Positions 17,399 through 27,541 are shown, counted from the first letter of the stretch. The stretch: 64,000 nt of DNA from Candidatus Aminicenantales bacterium (GCA_049512315.1 JBEKXF010000011.1:30180-94179), one strand, 5' to 3'. Numbers and translations: made by a program. Notes: generated by a model from the letters alone, not told the origin.

Positions 17399-18271
17399 AT
17401 GAAAAGATCGGGATCCAAGGCCGCCCCGCTCTGGCAGGAAGCCCCGCTCGTCGAGGAGCGGGAGATCTTCGCCCAGCTGGCCGAGCGAAAAGGGAGCTCG
17501 CTTCTTCTCGGCCGCTACTCCCTGAACGAAGTCATCGCGGTCCTCGCCAAGAAGAGCTTCCTCAAGGAGGCCCGGAAGAGGTTCCTCTGGCCCCTGGAGA
17601 TCGAGCTCAATTCGTCGGAATACCCCCTCCAGCGTCTGCAAATTTTCCTCCGGGAGAAGAAACCCGAAAACTTGATCGTCGACTTCAAGTTCAAGGAGAT
17701 GGACTTCGTCCCCAAGCCCATCCCCGGGTTCCCGCCGCCGCCTCCGCCCCAGAAATCGCTGGCCTTTGAATGGCTGACCCTCCAGAACCCTCTCCACAAG
17801 TTCTCCGAGTCGTTCATCCCGCTCCCCGGGCAGACCCGCCCCGGGCTGAGCATGGCCAAGAAGATCATGGACCTCTTCGTCTATCTGGGCCGGCTCACCC
17901 ACAAGGATTGCCTCCTGGCCTTTCCGGCGTATTTCCATAACGCCCTGCTCTTTTCCCGCTATTTCCATTTCTGGAATCCCGGCAAGGAGGGGGAGGTCCT
18001 GGCCATCCGCCGGCTTTTCAGTCACGCGCCCCTCAAACAGCTGGCCTGGGTCGTCCACTTGAACTGCCTGAAGAGGGAGGACGGCTCGACCTACGAGTGG
18101 GCGGCCGAGGAGCAGGCCTACCCCCTGACCCGGCCCCTCAAAGAATATTTCGGCTCCCGGAGCTACCGGGAGGCCGTGAAAGCCTGCCAAAAAACCCTGT
18201 CCTTCTCCGTCGACTGGGCCGCTTTCGAGAAGAGGTCCGGGGACATCCCCTCGTTTTGCGGCGGCGCCTGA
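17399..18271 (+). CDS. hypothetical protein (lower-GC, K/F/L-rich, contains PGFPPPPPPQ polyproline run)
   Basis: Protein-like composition versus Arg/Gly-rich antisense ORF 17357-18190; no recognisable domain. Confidence 0.5.
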   Translation: MKRSGSKAAPLWQEAPLVEEREIFAQLAERKGSSLLLGRYSLNEVIAVLAKKSFLKEARKRFLWPLEIELNSSEYPLQRLQIFLREKKPENLIVDFKFKEMDFVPKPIPGFPPPPPPQKSLAFEWLTLQNPLHKFSESFIPLPGQTRPGLSMAKKIMDLFVYLGRLTHKDCLLAFPAYFHNALLFSRYFHFWNPGKEGEVLAIRRLFSHAPLKQLAWVVHLNCLKREDGSTYEWAAEEQAYPLTRPLKEYFGSRSYREAVKACQKTLSFSVDWAAFEKRSGDIPSFCGGA

Positions 18272-18284
18272 AATTTGCTATAAT
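18256..18284 (+). promoter_or_regulatory. candidate promoter for rpmE-prfA-prmC: -35 TTGCGG (18256-18261), 17-nt spacer, extended -10 TGcTATAAT (18276-18284)
   Basis: Read directly; AAGGAG RBS at 18294-18299 precedes rpmE ATG 18308. Confidence 0.35.
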
Positions 18285-18307
18285 AGGCCGTCCAAGGAGA
18301 CCGATCC

Positions 18308-18523
18308 ATGAAGAAAGACGTCCATCCGGAATACCAGGAAAGCACCGTGGTCTGCGCCTGCGGCAACACGTTCAAGACCCGGTCCACGAAGAAGGAGATC
18401 CGGGTCGAGATCTGCTCCCAGTGCCATCCCTTCTTCACGGGCAAGCAGAAGTTCATCGACAGCGCCGGCCGGGTCGAGAAGTTCAGGAAAAAATATGGCG
18501 AGATCAAAAAACCCGCCAAATGA
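18308..18523 (+). CDS. rpmE: 50S ribosomal protein L31
   Basis: 71 aa; MKKDVHPEY...CxxC...[13 protein letters not shown] zinc-ribbon L31 signature. Confidence 0.9.
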   Translation: MKKDVHPEYQESTVVCACGNTFKTRSTKKEIRVEICSQCHPFFTGKQKFIDSAGRVEKFRKKYGEIKKPAK

Positions 18524-19623
18524 TCCAGGAACTTCGGGCCCTCGAGGAAAAGTACCGCCAGGTCATTCAAGCTCTATCTGAATCCGCTTCCGCCGGCAAC
18601 CCTCAAAAGATCCGCGACCTATCCAAGGAACGGGCGGAGCTCGAGCCCGTGGTCCGCAAATTCGATGAATATCAGAAAGTCCGGCAGGGGATCGAAGAGG
18701 CCCGGCACCTCCTGACCGACCCCGAAGCCGACCCCGAGCTCCGGAAAATGGCCGAGGGGGAGATCGACGTCCTCGGGAAGCGGGAGAAGGCCCTCGAAGC
18801 CGAGCTCCGGACCATGCTCCTCCCGAAAGACCCTTACGACGAGAAAAATGTCATCCTCGAGATCCGGGCCGGGGCCGGCGGGGACGAGGCCTCTCTCTTC
18901 GCCCAGGACCTCCTCCGGATGTACTCGCGTTTCGCCGAGCACAAGGGCTGGAAATTCGAAGTCCTGGACACGAGCCTCTCTCCGATCGGAGGGATCAAGG
19001 AGGCCGTGGTGGGCGTCCGAGGCAAGGGCGTCTGGTCCCGGCTGAAATACGAAAGCGGCGTCCATAGGGTCCAGCGCGTTCCCAAGACGGAAGCTTCCGG
19101 TCGCATCCACACTTCCACGGCCACGATCGCCGTCCTGCCCGAAGCCGATGAGATCGACGTCAAGCTCGACCCGAAGGACCTCAAGATCGATGCCTTCGGG
19201 TCCTCGGGTCCGGGCGGGCAGAATGTCAACCGGAATTACACCGCCATCCGGATCACCCACAAGCCGTCCGGCCTCGTCGTTTCCTGCCAGGACGAAAAGT
19301 CCCAGCACCGGAACAAGGAGAAAGCCCTCAGGGTCCTCAGGTCCCGGCTCATGGACATCGCCCAGCGGGAACAGAAGGCCGAGATCGCCCAGAACAGGCG
19401 CTCCCAGGTCGGGACGGGGGAGAGGAGCGAGAAGATCCGGACCTACAATTTCCCGCAGTCCCGGGTGACGGACCACCGGCTGAACCAGAGCTTCCACAAC
19501 CTCGAAGGGCTCCTCGATGGGGATCTGGATTCTCTTGTCGAAAGCCTCATCCTCCAATCTCAGGCGCAGGCGCTCGGAGAACCGGTCCCGGACGCTGGCC
19601 GGGCAAGGGACGTTGAGCTCTAG
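18520..19623 (+). CDS. prfA: peptide chain release factor 1
   Basis: PxT-equivalent region and GGQ motif ([24 protein letters not shown]); ATG overlaps rpmE stop (ATGA); track N-extension rejected. Confidence 0.9.
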   Translation: MIQELRALEEKYRQVIQALSESASAGNPQKIRDLSKERAELEPVVRKFDEYQKVRQGIEEARHLLTDPEADPELRKMAEGEIDVLGKREKALEAELRTMLLPKDPYDEKNVILEIRAGAGGDEASLFAQDLLRMYSRFAEHKGWKFEVLDTSLSPIGGIKEAVVGVRGKGVWSRLKYESGVHRVQRVPKTEASGRIHTSTATIAVLPEADEIDVKLDPKDLKIDAFGSSGPGGQNVNRNYTAIRITHKPSGLVVSCQDEKSQHRNKEKALRVLRSRLMDIAQREQKAEIAQNRRSQVGTGERSEKIRTYNFPQSRVTDHRLNQSFHNLEGLLDGDLDSLVESLILQSQAQALGEPVPDAGRARDVEL

Positions 19624-20458
19624 AACACTCCAGGAGCTTTTTCGCCATGGAGCCGGCCTCCTCCAGGACAGGCCCCAATCGGTCCTCGAGGCCAAGGTCC
19701 TCCTGCTCCGGGCCGCCCTACTTTCGGAAGAGGATTTTTTCGCCTCCCCGCAATCGCCGGTCGCCTCGAAGACGGAGGCCTTCTTTCTCCGCCTCATCGA
19801 GAAACGCAGGGAGGGGGTGCCGCTTTCCTACCTGACGGGGACCAAGGAGTTCTGGTCCATTCCTCTTCGCGTTTCGCCCTCCGTCCTCATCCCCCGGCCC
19901 GAGACCGAAGTCCTGATCGAAAAAGTCCTCGAGCTTTCCTCACGGGAAGGGGAGAACATCCTCGACCTGGGGACGGGCAGCGGCAATATCGCTATCGCCC
20001 TGGCCAAGGAGCTTCCCCGGGCCCGGATCTTCGCCGCGGACATCTCCGCCCGGGCCCTCAACGTCGCCCGCCGGAACGCGGTCCTCCAAAAAGCCCGGCA
20101 GGTCGACTTCGTCCGGAGCAACCTGTTCTCGGCTTTCCGGAAGACAGGGCTCAGCTTCGACTTCGTCGTCTCCAACCCTCCCTACGTTTCAAAACGCGAT
20201 TGGGAGGGACTCCCTCCTGAAATCCGCGAGTTCGAGCCGCGGCGGGCGCTTCTCGCCGGCGAGTCGGGATTGGAGGTTATCCAGCGGCTGGTCCGGCAGG
20301 CCGGGACTTTTCTCAAGCCCGGTGGCTACCTCATCTTTGAGATCGGGGACGGGCAGCGGGACGACGTCCTGGCCCTCTTCGGGCGGCGGTGGACGGAGAT
20401 CGAAACCGCCTGGGACCTGGCCGGGAAGCCCCGCGTCATCACCGCCCGCCGGGCCTGA
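19613..20458 (+). CDS. prmC: release factor glutamine methyltransferase PrmC (HemK); start uncertain (TTG 19613 overlapping prfA stop, or earlier ATG 19517)
   Basis: SAM MTase motifs ILDLGTGSGNIAIALA and NPPY (VVSNPPYVS); conserved rpmE-prfA-prmC synteny. Confidence 0.75.
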   Translation: MSSRTLQELFRHGAGLLQDRPQSVLEAKVLLLRAALLSEEDFFASPQSPVASKTEAFFLRLIEKRREGVPLSYLTGTKEFWSIPLRVSPSVLIPRPETEVLIEKVLELSSREGENILDLGTGSGNIAIALAKELPRARIFAADISARALNVARRNAVLQKARQVDFVRSNLFSAFRKTGLSFDFVVSNPPYVSKRDWEGLPPEIREFEPRRALLAGESGLEVIQRLVRQAGTFLKPGGYLIFEIGDGQRDDVLALFGRRWTEIETAWDLAGKPRVITARRA

Positions 20459-20484
20459 CGGACGCGGATCTCTCCTCTTTCCCC

Positions 20485-21582
20485 CTATTTCTTCGCGGCC
20501 GGCAGGCTGTAATCCCCCAGGGGCGGCATGATCCGCGTCGTTTCGAAACGGATCTTTTCCCAGACCGCGGCGTCCATGGCGCAGAAGGCGTCGACGACCC
20601 GGGGATCGAACTGGGTCCCGGAGTTGCGGATGATCTCGTAGCGGGCGGCTACGAAATCCTTCCGGCTCCGGTAGGGCCGGTGGGAGGTGATGGCGTCCAG
20701 GGTATCGGCCACGGCAAAGATCCTGGCCTCGAGGGGGATCCGCGACTCTTTCAGGCCCGAGGGATATCCCGTCCCGTCGTACTTTTCGTGGTGGCAGAGG
20801 ATGATGTTCCCGACTTCCTTGACGAGTTTGACGTCCTTGATGAGCCCGTAGCCCAGGGCCGGGTGCCGCTTGATCTTTTCCCATTCCGCCGCCGAGAGCG
20901 GGCCCGGTTTTTTCAGGATGGAATCCGGGATGGCGATCTTTCCCGCGTCGTGGAGGAGGGCACCCTTACGGATGTTGTCCAGGACCTTGGGATCCCGGAT
21001 GCCCAGGGCCTGGGCCAGGACGTGGCTGTAGCGGGCGACGGTCTTGGAATGACCGTAGGTTTCGACGTCCCTCAGGTCGAGGGCCGTCATGAAATTTTCC
21101 AGGGTTGTTTCGTAGATCTCCTCGAGCTCCGCGGTCCGCCGGACATCGCTCAGGTGCTCCTTCTTCATCCGGCGGACGCTCTCCCGGCAGGCCGCGTTCG
21201 TCCGGACGAGCGCGGCCTTGAGCTCCGCGGCCCTGACCGCCGAATAAACCCCGGCCGGGCCGGCCGGATGGGCGACCTGGTCGATGACGCCTTCGTCGAC
21301 GAACGGAAGGGCCGCCTCGGCCGCCTCCGGCGGGACCAGGGCGATGACGGAAAGAGAGGGCCGCGCCCGCTTCAGCTCCCTGAGCGCGGCCAGGACGGGA
21401 CCTTTGGCGTCCGGGATGGAGACGAGGAGGATCGCGGGACTCTCCAGCGGTGCGGCCCGCCCGGCGACGTCCGGGAGCTCCTCGGCGGTCTCTACCCTCA
21501 GTCCTCGTTTCTCCAAGAACGAGGCGAGGGCCTGCCGCCTTCTTCCGCTCTCCTCGACGAGGAGGATGGTCATGTCATTCAT
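20485..21582 (-). CDS. HD-GYP c-di-GMP phosphodiesterase with N-terminal degenerate (pseudo-)receiver domain
   Basis: HD (LLHDAGK) and GYP (HHEKYDGTGYP) motifs; receiver-like N-terminus has EE in place of the DD acid pocket and Ser in the phospho-acceptor position (ILLVS-IPDAKG). Confidence 0.8.
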   Translation of the reverse strand: MNDMTILLVEESGRRRQALASFLEKRGLRVETAEELPDVAGRAAPLESPAILLVSIPDAKGPVLAALRELKRARPSLSVIALVPPEAAEAALPFVDEGVIDQVAHPAGPAGVYSAVRAAELKAALVRTNAACRESVRRMKKEHLSDVRRTAELEEIYETTLENFMTALDLRDVETYGHSKTVARYSHVLAQALGIRDPKVLDNIRKGALLHDAGKIAIPDSILKKPGPLSAAEWEKIKRHPALGYGLIKDVKLVKEVGNIILCHHEKYDGTGYPSGLKESRIPLEARIFAVADTLDAITSHRPYRSRKDFVAARYEIIRNSGTQFDPRVVDAFCAMDAAVWEKIRFETTRIMPPLGDYSLPAAKK

Positions 21583-21707
21583 AGAACGGCTTTCTTATAT
21601 CCTTTTTCCCGGTCCGTTTCAAGCGGGAGCGTGAGGGGGCCGGGCGGGAGCCGGCATCACCCCCGGCGGCCATCCGGCGCATTTCCCGATCAGCCCGTTT
21701 TTCCGCC

Positions 21708-21736
21708 TTGACACGTCATCCGGCGGTTACTAAGAT
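21708..21736 (+). promoter_or_regulatory. candidate promoter: -35 TTGACA (21708-21713), 17-nt spacer, -10 TAAGAT (21731-21736) upstream of coiled-coil gene
   Basis: Read directly; AAGGAG RBS at 21750-21755, ATG 21761. Confidence 0.35.
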
Positions 21737-21760
21737 AATTATCGAAGCTAAGGAGATATC

Positions 21761-23038
21761 ATGGGCCAAGAGCGCGACATCCTCAAAGAACCTACCCGGG
21801 TCATCCAGGAGATCGAAGGCCAGCTGGACAAGCTCCTCCAGAAAAAGGTCGGGGACATCGAGCGCGAGCTCGCCGCCCGCATCGATCAGGAAAAAGAAGC
21901 GGCCCGGAGACGGAAGGAGGAGGTCGAGCGGCAGTTCGTCAAAGAAAGGGAGAGCCTCGGCGAATACCGGAACGTCGTCCGGGCGGCCGAGGAGGAGCGG
22001 GACGGCCTGCTCCGTGAAGCCCGCCAGCACTTCGACAAGGTCGTCCAGCTGCAGGCTCAGATCGAGGGACTGGCGAAGGCCACGGTCGGCGAGATCAAGG
22101 AGGTCACCGAGATCCAGCAGAGGGTCGAGGAGCTCCGGGAGAAGACCGCCGAGCGGGCCGGGTTCCTGAAGACCGACCTGCGGGAGCGCTTCGGGATCGT
22201 CACGGACGCCCTGGACGAGGACGAGAAGCCGCTCCGTCTCGACCTGGACCAGGAGCTCGACAAGCTGAGGAAGATCAAGGAGCTCCTGGCCATCGAGTCC
22301 GCGGCCGTGGGGCTCGGCGGGGCGCCGCCCAAGCTCGCCGGAGCCGAGAGCTTCGAAGCCCTCGACATTCCGGAGGCGCCGGCCGGGTTCCGGATCCCGG
22401 AGATCCAGGACCTCGTCGCGGGGACATCCTCGCCGGTGGAGATAAAAACGACCGCCCGGGATGTCCCGGAGGCGCCCGCGGCCGGCACGGCCGAAGCCGG
22501 ACCGGGGCCGCAGGCCGGGCCCGTTCCGGCCGAAGAGGAGCCCGAGGAAGCCGTCAACGCGGCCCTCGAGTCCTGCCGGAGGTCGGAGCCCGCCAACGGC
22601 AACGGGGAGATCCACTATTTCCAGAAAGACAACAAGATTCTCGTCGACGGCGAGAGCCTTTTTTCCGCCATCGACAAGACCGTGGACGAGGCCCGACGGC
22701 TGTCCGAGAAGCTCGGCCGGACCGAATCCCCGAAAGACCAGTTTTTCATCAAGCAGGAGCTCATCAACTGGCAGGAGGGCCTGCGGGCGCTTTTCCTGAG
22801 GGTCATCAAGATGACCGAGAAGAGGATCTGGAGCTTGCCCGCGTTCGCCGGCGATGTCCTCAACGCTCCGGCTCTCCGGAGCATCCTCGAGCGGCTGAGC
22901 ATGGAGAACTGGAGCAACCCCGAGGAATTCGCCTCATTCCTGGCCGCCGCGACGGACATGAAGAGCGCCTGGCTCGCCCGGATCACCCCCCGCGGCGCCT
23001 ATCTGAGGGCTCTCTGGAAAGAGCTCGAGTCCCGTTAA
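21761..23038 (+). CDS. hypothetical coiled-coil protein (425 aa)
   Basis: N-terminal ~260 aa E/K/R-rich heptad-like (EKEAARRRKEEVERQFVKERE...), Pro/Ala-rich linker, globular C-terminal region; good RBS and promoter-like upstream. Confidence 0.55.
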   Translation: MGQERDILKEPTRVIQEIEGQLDKLLQKKVGDIERELAARIDQEKEAARRRKEEVERQFVKERESLGEYRNVVRAAEEERDGLLREARQHFDKVVQLQAQIEGLAKATVGEIKEVTEIQQRVEELREKTAERAGFLKTDLRERFGIVTDALDEDEKPLRLDLDQELDKLRKIKELLAIESAAVGLGGAPPKLAGAESFEALDIPEAPAGFRIPEIQDLVAGTSSPVEIKTTARDVPEAPAAGTAEAGPGPQAGPVPAEEEPEEAVNAALESCRRSEPANGNGEIHYFQKDNKILVDGESLFSAIDKTVDEARRLSEKLGRTESPKDQFFIKQELINWQEGLRALFLRVIKMTEKRIWSLPAFAGDVLNAPALRSILERLSMENWSNPEEFASFLAAATDMKSAWLARITPRGAYLRALWKELESR

Positions 23039-23046
23039 GGGCGGGA

Positions 23047-25071
23047 TCAGGACGAGGGAACCGTCGTCCTCCGGAAATGGAGGAGGTATTCTTCAAGCCC
23101 CTTGATGTCCTTGTAGCTCAGGTCCCGGAATTTCAGGCCCGAATAAAAGAAGGGCGTTTCGTTCTCCGGGCTCCTCGAGTAAATGACGTCGCTCTTGACA
23201 AGGCAGGCCTTGTCGCCGAGGACGATGATGGCGTCCACGGTGCCGGCCGGAGGCAGCTTCGCGTCCGAGATCACCCTGGCCCCGCCGACGCTCAGGTTCA
23301 CGGTCTTGGCTACCTTGAATTCGCCGTCCTCCTCTATCATCAGCAGGGTTGAGACGCTCCATCGCTCGTGCTTCCGGCGCTCCCGGAGGATCGGCTCCTG
23401 GGCCTGCCGGGCTTCCGCCTTCCTGTGTTCATCATCCTTCTCCCCGAGATAGGTCGAGACGCGGTTCTTCGTCAGGGCCGCCTCCTCGCCCTCCCGCGCC
23501 TTCAGGTCCGGACGGCGCTTCCCCTTCGCTTCCGCCAGGGCCGTGTCGGCCTCCATGGCCAGCCGCTTCAGATCGGCTCTCGTCAGCGGGGGGGGCTGGT
23601 CCGTCTTGTTCTTGGGAAAGACGGTCACGCCGAACGACATGGTCAGGTTGTTCTGCGGCTGGAATTCCTGGAATTCGAAATAGTGGTCCTCGACGTTCTT
23701 GCGGATCCGCTCGGTGAGGACGGCCGCCTCGTCCGGGCTCTTGACGCCCGTCAGGAAGAAGAGGAATTCCTCGCCCCCGTAGCGGCAGAGGAGGTCCTCC
23801 TCGCGGATGGAGAGCTTCAGGACATGGGCCAGCTCGCGGAGGAGCCGGTTGCCCGCTTCCTGCCCGTTACGGTCGTTGTAGTTCTTGAACCAATCGACGT
23901 CCCCCATGACGAGGGCCAGGTCGCCCGCCTCCTGACGCCGCTTGCCCAGGGCGTTGACCTTCTGGAGGACCTTCTCGAAAAAGGGCTCCGGCCGGAGGAG
24001 CCCGGTCAGGGCGTCGTACTGGATGAGGTTGAGCTTCATCATGGCGATGGCCATGTGCTCGGAGATCCCTTCCAGGATCTGCTGGTCCTCGCGGCTGAAG
24101 CCGTCGGCATTCGTCTTGCCCGGCGCGGTCTTGTTGTAGACCTCGACGACGCCGATGACCTTCCGGCTGTGCATGATGGGGACCGCCAGCAGGTTTTTCA
24201 GCGGCGCCTTGAGGAATTCGGTGTAGCGCTTGGTCATCCTCTGGTCGAAGGCGAGGTCGGAGACGTTGATGCCCTGACCGTAGCGGGCGACCGTGGCCGC
24301 GAAATCCTGAGAGCCCCAGAGGGCGATATACTTCGAGAACTCCGCGTGGGTGAGATAGGCGTTGTCCCAGACGAGGGGCTTCAGGTAGCGGCCGAGGACA
24401 TCGTTCTCTTCGATGAGATAGACCGTCGCGCTCGCGGCCTTGACGATGTCCCGGATGTCCGGCAGGATGTCGAGGAGGCTGTTGACGTCGTCGGAGGCGT
24501 AGATCTTCCGGAGGATGGCCTCGATCCGCTGCCGCTCCTTCTGAAACCACACGTACTTGGTCTCGATGGCGATCCGCTTTTCGATCTCCAAAAGGAAGTT
24601 GGAATTGATCAGGCCCTTGATCTCCTGGATCTCCGCGTAGACATCGCGGACCTTGGACTCGTGCTGGGCGAGGGCCCGGCGGAGGTCCTCGGCCTCGGTC
24701 CGCATCCGGGCCTGCCCGAGCGCGCGTTCGAGGGCGACGAGGAACGACCGGTCGCGGGGGGAGTCGGGATCTCTGACAAAGACATCGACGGCAAAGGCCG
24801 GCGGCCATTCGTCGGCCGCCCGTCGCAGCTCGCCTTCGTCGGTGCCCGTCAGGATGACCGCGGTCGTCGGCCGCAGCAGGTCCCGGAAAAGGGAATAACG
24901 GGCGAAGCCGGCCCCCAGGACCGCGACCCCGACCGAAACCCCCTCCAGCCGGCTGCTCAATCCCTCGAGATCCGTCCCGGCCAGGACCGGCCCGAAGACA
25001 GCGGCCAACTTGGAGAGCAGGTCAACGTCAGAGGGAGACGGGTGGAGAATAAGGATCCGTTTCTGACTCAT
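23047..25071 (-). CDS. diguanylate cyclase with GAF sensor domain and C-terminal PilZ domain (GAF-GGDEF-PilZ)
   Basis: GGEEF active site (RYGGEEFLFF), GAF-like region, C-terminal PilZ motifs RRKHER (RxxxR) and NLSVGGARV (D/NxSxGG). Confidence 0.8.
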   Translation of the reverse strand: MSQKRILILHPSPSDVDLLSKLAAVFGPVLAGTDLEGLSSRLEGVSVGVAVLGAGFARYSLFRDLLRPTTAVILTGTDEGELRRAADEWPPAFAVDVFVRDPDSPRDRSFLVALERALGQARMRTEAEDLRRALAQHESKVRDVYAEIQEIKGLINSNFLLEIEKRIAIETKYVWFQKERQRIEAILRKIYASDDVNSLLDILPDIRDIVKAASATVYLIEENDVLGRYLKPLVWDNAYLTHAEFSKYIALWGSQDFAATVARYGQGINVSDLAFDQRMTKRYTEFLKAPLKNLLAVPIMHSRKVIGVVEVYNKTAPGKTNADGFSREDQQILEGISEHMAIAMMKLNLIQYDALTGLLRPEPFFEKVLQKVNALGKRRQEAGDLALVMGDVDWFKNYNDRNGQEAGNRLLRELAHVLKLSIREEDLLCRYGGEEFLFFLTGVKSPDEAAVLTERIRKNVEDHYFEFQEFQPQNNLTMSFGVTVFPKNKTDQPPPLTRADLKRLAMEADTALAEAKGKRRPDLKAREGEEAALTKNRVSTYLGEKDDEHRKAEARQAQEPILRERRKHERWSVSTLLMIEEDGEFKVAKTVNLSVGGARVISDAKLPPAGTVDAIIVLGDKACLVKSDVIYSRSPENETPFFYSGLKFRDLSYKDIKGLEEYLLHFRRTTVPSS

Positions 25072-25275
25072 AGCCCTCGCCGCACCGTCACCATAAGGGG
25101 TGACCGCTCAGCCTTTTCCCTCGTCTTTGAAACCTTAGCTCTATTCCGAATAAAATCCGGCTTCGTTCTTCGGAGCCTGGCGCTCTTCCCGATCCCACTC
25201 TAATCTACATTATTTTTTCGCCCCCCGTCAACCCTTTTTTTAGGGTCCCGCCGGGTCTCCGGAAGGCCGCTTTTT

Positions 25276-25305
25276 TTGAACTTTCACGGGCGGGTGTGAT
25301 ATATT
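25276..25305 (+). promoter_or_regulatory. candidate hutU promoter: -35 TTGAAC (25276-25281), 18-nt spacer, -10 TATATT (25300-25305)
   Basis: Read directly; GAGGAGGA RBS precedes ATG 25362. Confidence 0.35.
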
Positions 25306-25361
25306 CAGAACCCGAGCGCCGCGGCCCTTTCCCGGCCGCGAGACCGCCGAGGAGGACGGAC

Positions 25362-27032
25362 ATGGATCCGGCAAGAAACAGACTCCAGACGAAGATCCGG
25401 GCCCCGCGTGGCTCCCGCCTGCGCACCAAAGGCTGGTCGCAGGAAGGGGCCCTCCGGATGCTCATGAACAACGTCGACCCCGAGGTCGCCGAGAAGCCGC
25501 AGGACCTCATCGTCTACGGCGGGACGGGAAAGGCCGCCCGGAACTGGGAGTGCTTTTGGGCGATCGTCGAAAGCCTCAAGAAGCTCGAGAACGATGAAAC
25601 CCTCGTCGTCCAGTCAGGGAAACCCGTGGCCGTTTTCAAGACCCATGCCGAGGCCCCCCGCGTCCTGATCTCCAACGCCATGATCGTCCCGAAGTGGGCG
25701 ACGTGGGACGAGTTCCGCCGGCTAGAGGCCAAGGGGCTGACGATGTACGGCCAGATGACGGCCGGCAGCTGGATCTACATCGGGACACAGGGGATCCTCC
25801 AGGGGACCTACGAGACGCTAGCCGCCGCGGCCCGGCGGCATTTCGGAGGTTCGCTCAAGGGGAAGCTCGTCCTGACCGCCGGCCTCGGCGGGATGGGCGG
25901 GGCCCAACCCCTGGCCGTGACCATGAACGACGGCGTGGCGATCGTCGTCGAGGTCGACCCGGCCCGGATCCGGCGGCGGCTGGAGACGAAGTACGTCGAC
26001 ACCATGACCGACAGCCTTGACGAGGCCCTGCGGCTCGCCGGCGAGGCCCGGCGCAAGGGCGTGCCCCTGTCGATCGCCCTCCTCGGGAACGCCGCCGATG
26101 TCCTGCCCGAATTCGTCCGCCGGGGGATCACTCCCGATATCCTCACGGACCAGACATCGGCCCACGACGAGCTCAACGGCTATGTCCCCAACGGCTTGCC
26201 CTATGAGGATGCCCTGAGGCTGAGGCGGGACGATCCGGAGGATTACATCCGGCGGTCCTACCAGTCCATGGCCTCCCACGTCGAGGTCATGCTCGAACTC
26301 AAGAAGAGGGGAGCCCGGGTTTTCGACTATGGGAACAACATCCGCGGCCAGGCCCAGAAGGCCGGGGTCCGCGACGCCTTCGACATCCCGGGGTTCGTTC
26401 CGGAATACATCCGGCCGCTGTTCTGTCTCGGCAAGGGCCCGTTCCGCTGGGTCGCGCTTTCCGGAAAGCCGGCCGACATCTACGCCACCGACGAGGCCGT
26501 CCTCCAGGAGTTCCCGGAGGATGATGCCCTGGCGCGATGGATCCGGAAGGCCCGGAACGAGGTCAAGTTCCAGGGGCTGCCGTCGCGGATCTGCTGGCTG
26601 GGCTACGGCGACAGAGCCCGGTTCGGGGCGGTGATCAACCGTCTCGTCCGGAAGGGGAAGATCTCGGCCCCCATCGTCATCGGCCGGGACCATCTGGACA
26701 CCGGCTCCGTGGCCTCCCCGAACCGCGAAACGGAAGGTATGCGCGACGGGTCCGACGCGATCGCCGATTGGCCCATCCTCAACGCCCTCCTCAATGCCGT
26801 CAGCGGGGCTTCCTGGGTTTCGGTCCACCACGGCGGCGGAGTGGGGATCGGCCTGTCCATTCACGCGGGCATGGTCATCGTCGCCGACGGAAGCGCCACG
26901 ATGGGCCGGCGCCTGGAAAGGGTCCTGACCGTGGACCCGGGGCTCGGCGTCGCGAGGCACGCCGATGCCGGATATCCCGAGGCCGTCGCCTGCGCCAGGG
27001 ACAAAGGGATCAAGATCCCGCTCTTGAAATAA
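25362..27032 (+). CDS. hutU: urocanate hydratase
   Basis: 556 aa; highly conserved HutU core ([15 protein letters not shown] ... [23 protein letters not shown] ... NAD-binding [10 protein letters not shown]); start at internal ATG with RBS. Confidence 0.9.
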   Translation: MDPARNRLQTKIRAPRGSRLRTKGWSQEGALRMLMNNVDPEVAEKPQDLIVYGGTGKAARNWECFWAIVESLKKLENDETLVVQSGKPVAVFKTHAEAPRVLISNAMIVPKWATWDEFRRLEAKGLTMYGQMTAGSWIYIGTQGILQGTYETLAAAARRHFGGSLKGKLVLTAGLGGMGGAQPLAVTMNDGVAIVVEVDPARIRRRLETKYVDTMTDSLDEALRLAGEARRKGVPLSIALLGNAADVLPEFVRRGITPDILTDQTSAHDELNGYVPNGLPYEDALRLRRDDPEDYIRRSYQSMASHVEVMLELKKRGARVFDYGNNIRGQAQKAGVRDAFDIPGFVPEYIRPLFCLGKGPFRWVALSGKPADIYATDEAVLQEFPEDDALARWIRKARNEVKFQGLPSRICWLGYGDRARFGAVINRLVRKGKISAPIVIGRDHLDTGSVASPNRETEGMRDGSDAIADWPILNALLNAVSGASWVSVHHGGGVGIGLSIHAGMVIVADGSATMGRRLERVLTVDPGLGVARHADAGYPEAVACARDKGIKIPLLK

Positions 27033-27096
27033 TCCGGACGGCGTACCGGCTTTACCTCCCCACCGGGCTCCTTCGGCCTTTATCCCTCCCTTGCAT

Positions 27097-27174
27097 GTCA
27101 CACATTGTGCCTTGCGGCACCCTTCCATCCTGTTGAAATCAAAGCGGATGGAGGACGGCGGCACAAAGTGTGAC
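27097..27174. other. extended imperfect inverted repeat/stem-loop: GTCACACATTGTGCC (27097-27111) vs GGCACAAAGTGTGAC (27160-27174, 14/15 complementary) with inner stem CCTTCCATCC/GGATGGAGG
   Basis: Read directly in the 278-bp hutU-downstream intergenic region; candidate sRNA, terminator-proximal structure or protein-binding site. Confidence 0.35.
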
Positions 27175-27310
27175 GCGGCGGCCCGGGCGGATGCAGCCCG
27201 GCGGCCGCCGGCTAGGCCATAACCTATTTTAAATCAACGGGATGTGAGCGGGAGGAAAATTTTCGTAGTGGCATGAAGATTGCTTAAGAAAAGGCCGAAA
27301 GGAGACCCCA

Positions 27311-27529
27311 ATGAAAAAAGCGGTTTTGCTGGCCCTCGTCGGGCTCATCTTGTTTTCCACGGCCGTCTTTTATCCGCTCGCCGCGCGCGCTCGTGATGTC
27401 AACGAGTGCTACAACAACCACACGGCCTGCCGCGAGCGGGCGCTCAACATGGATGCCGCCTGGACCAAGATCGCCCTCGCCCTGACCGTCTGCGACCTTG
27501 CCCTCGGCAAATGCATCCTGGCCGCCTAG
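27311..27529 (+). CDS. small secreted Cys-rich peptide (72 aa precursor; ~45-aa mature part with 4 Cys), hypothetical
   Basis: Sec signal MKKAVLLALVGLILFSTAVFYPLAARA; mature RDVNECYNNHTACRERALNMDAAWTKIALALTVCDLALGKCILAA (C-x6-C ... C-x7-C); lower GC than flanks; AAAGGAG RBS. Confidence 0.5.
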   Translation: MKKAVLLALVGLILFSTAVFYPLAARARDVNECYNNHTACRERALNMDAAWTKIALALTVCDLALGKCILAA

Positions 27530-27541
27530 GTCCGAGCCGCA

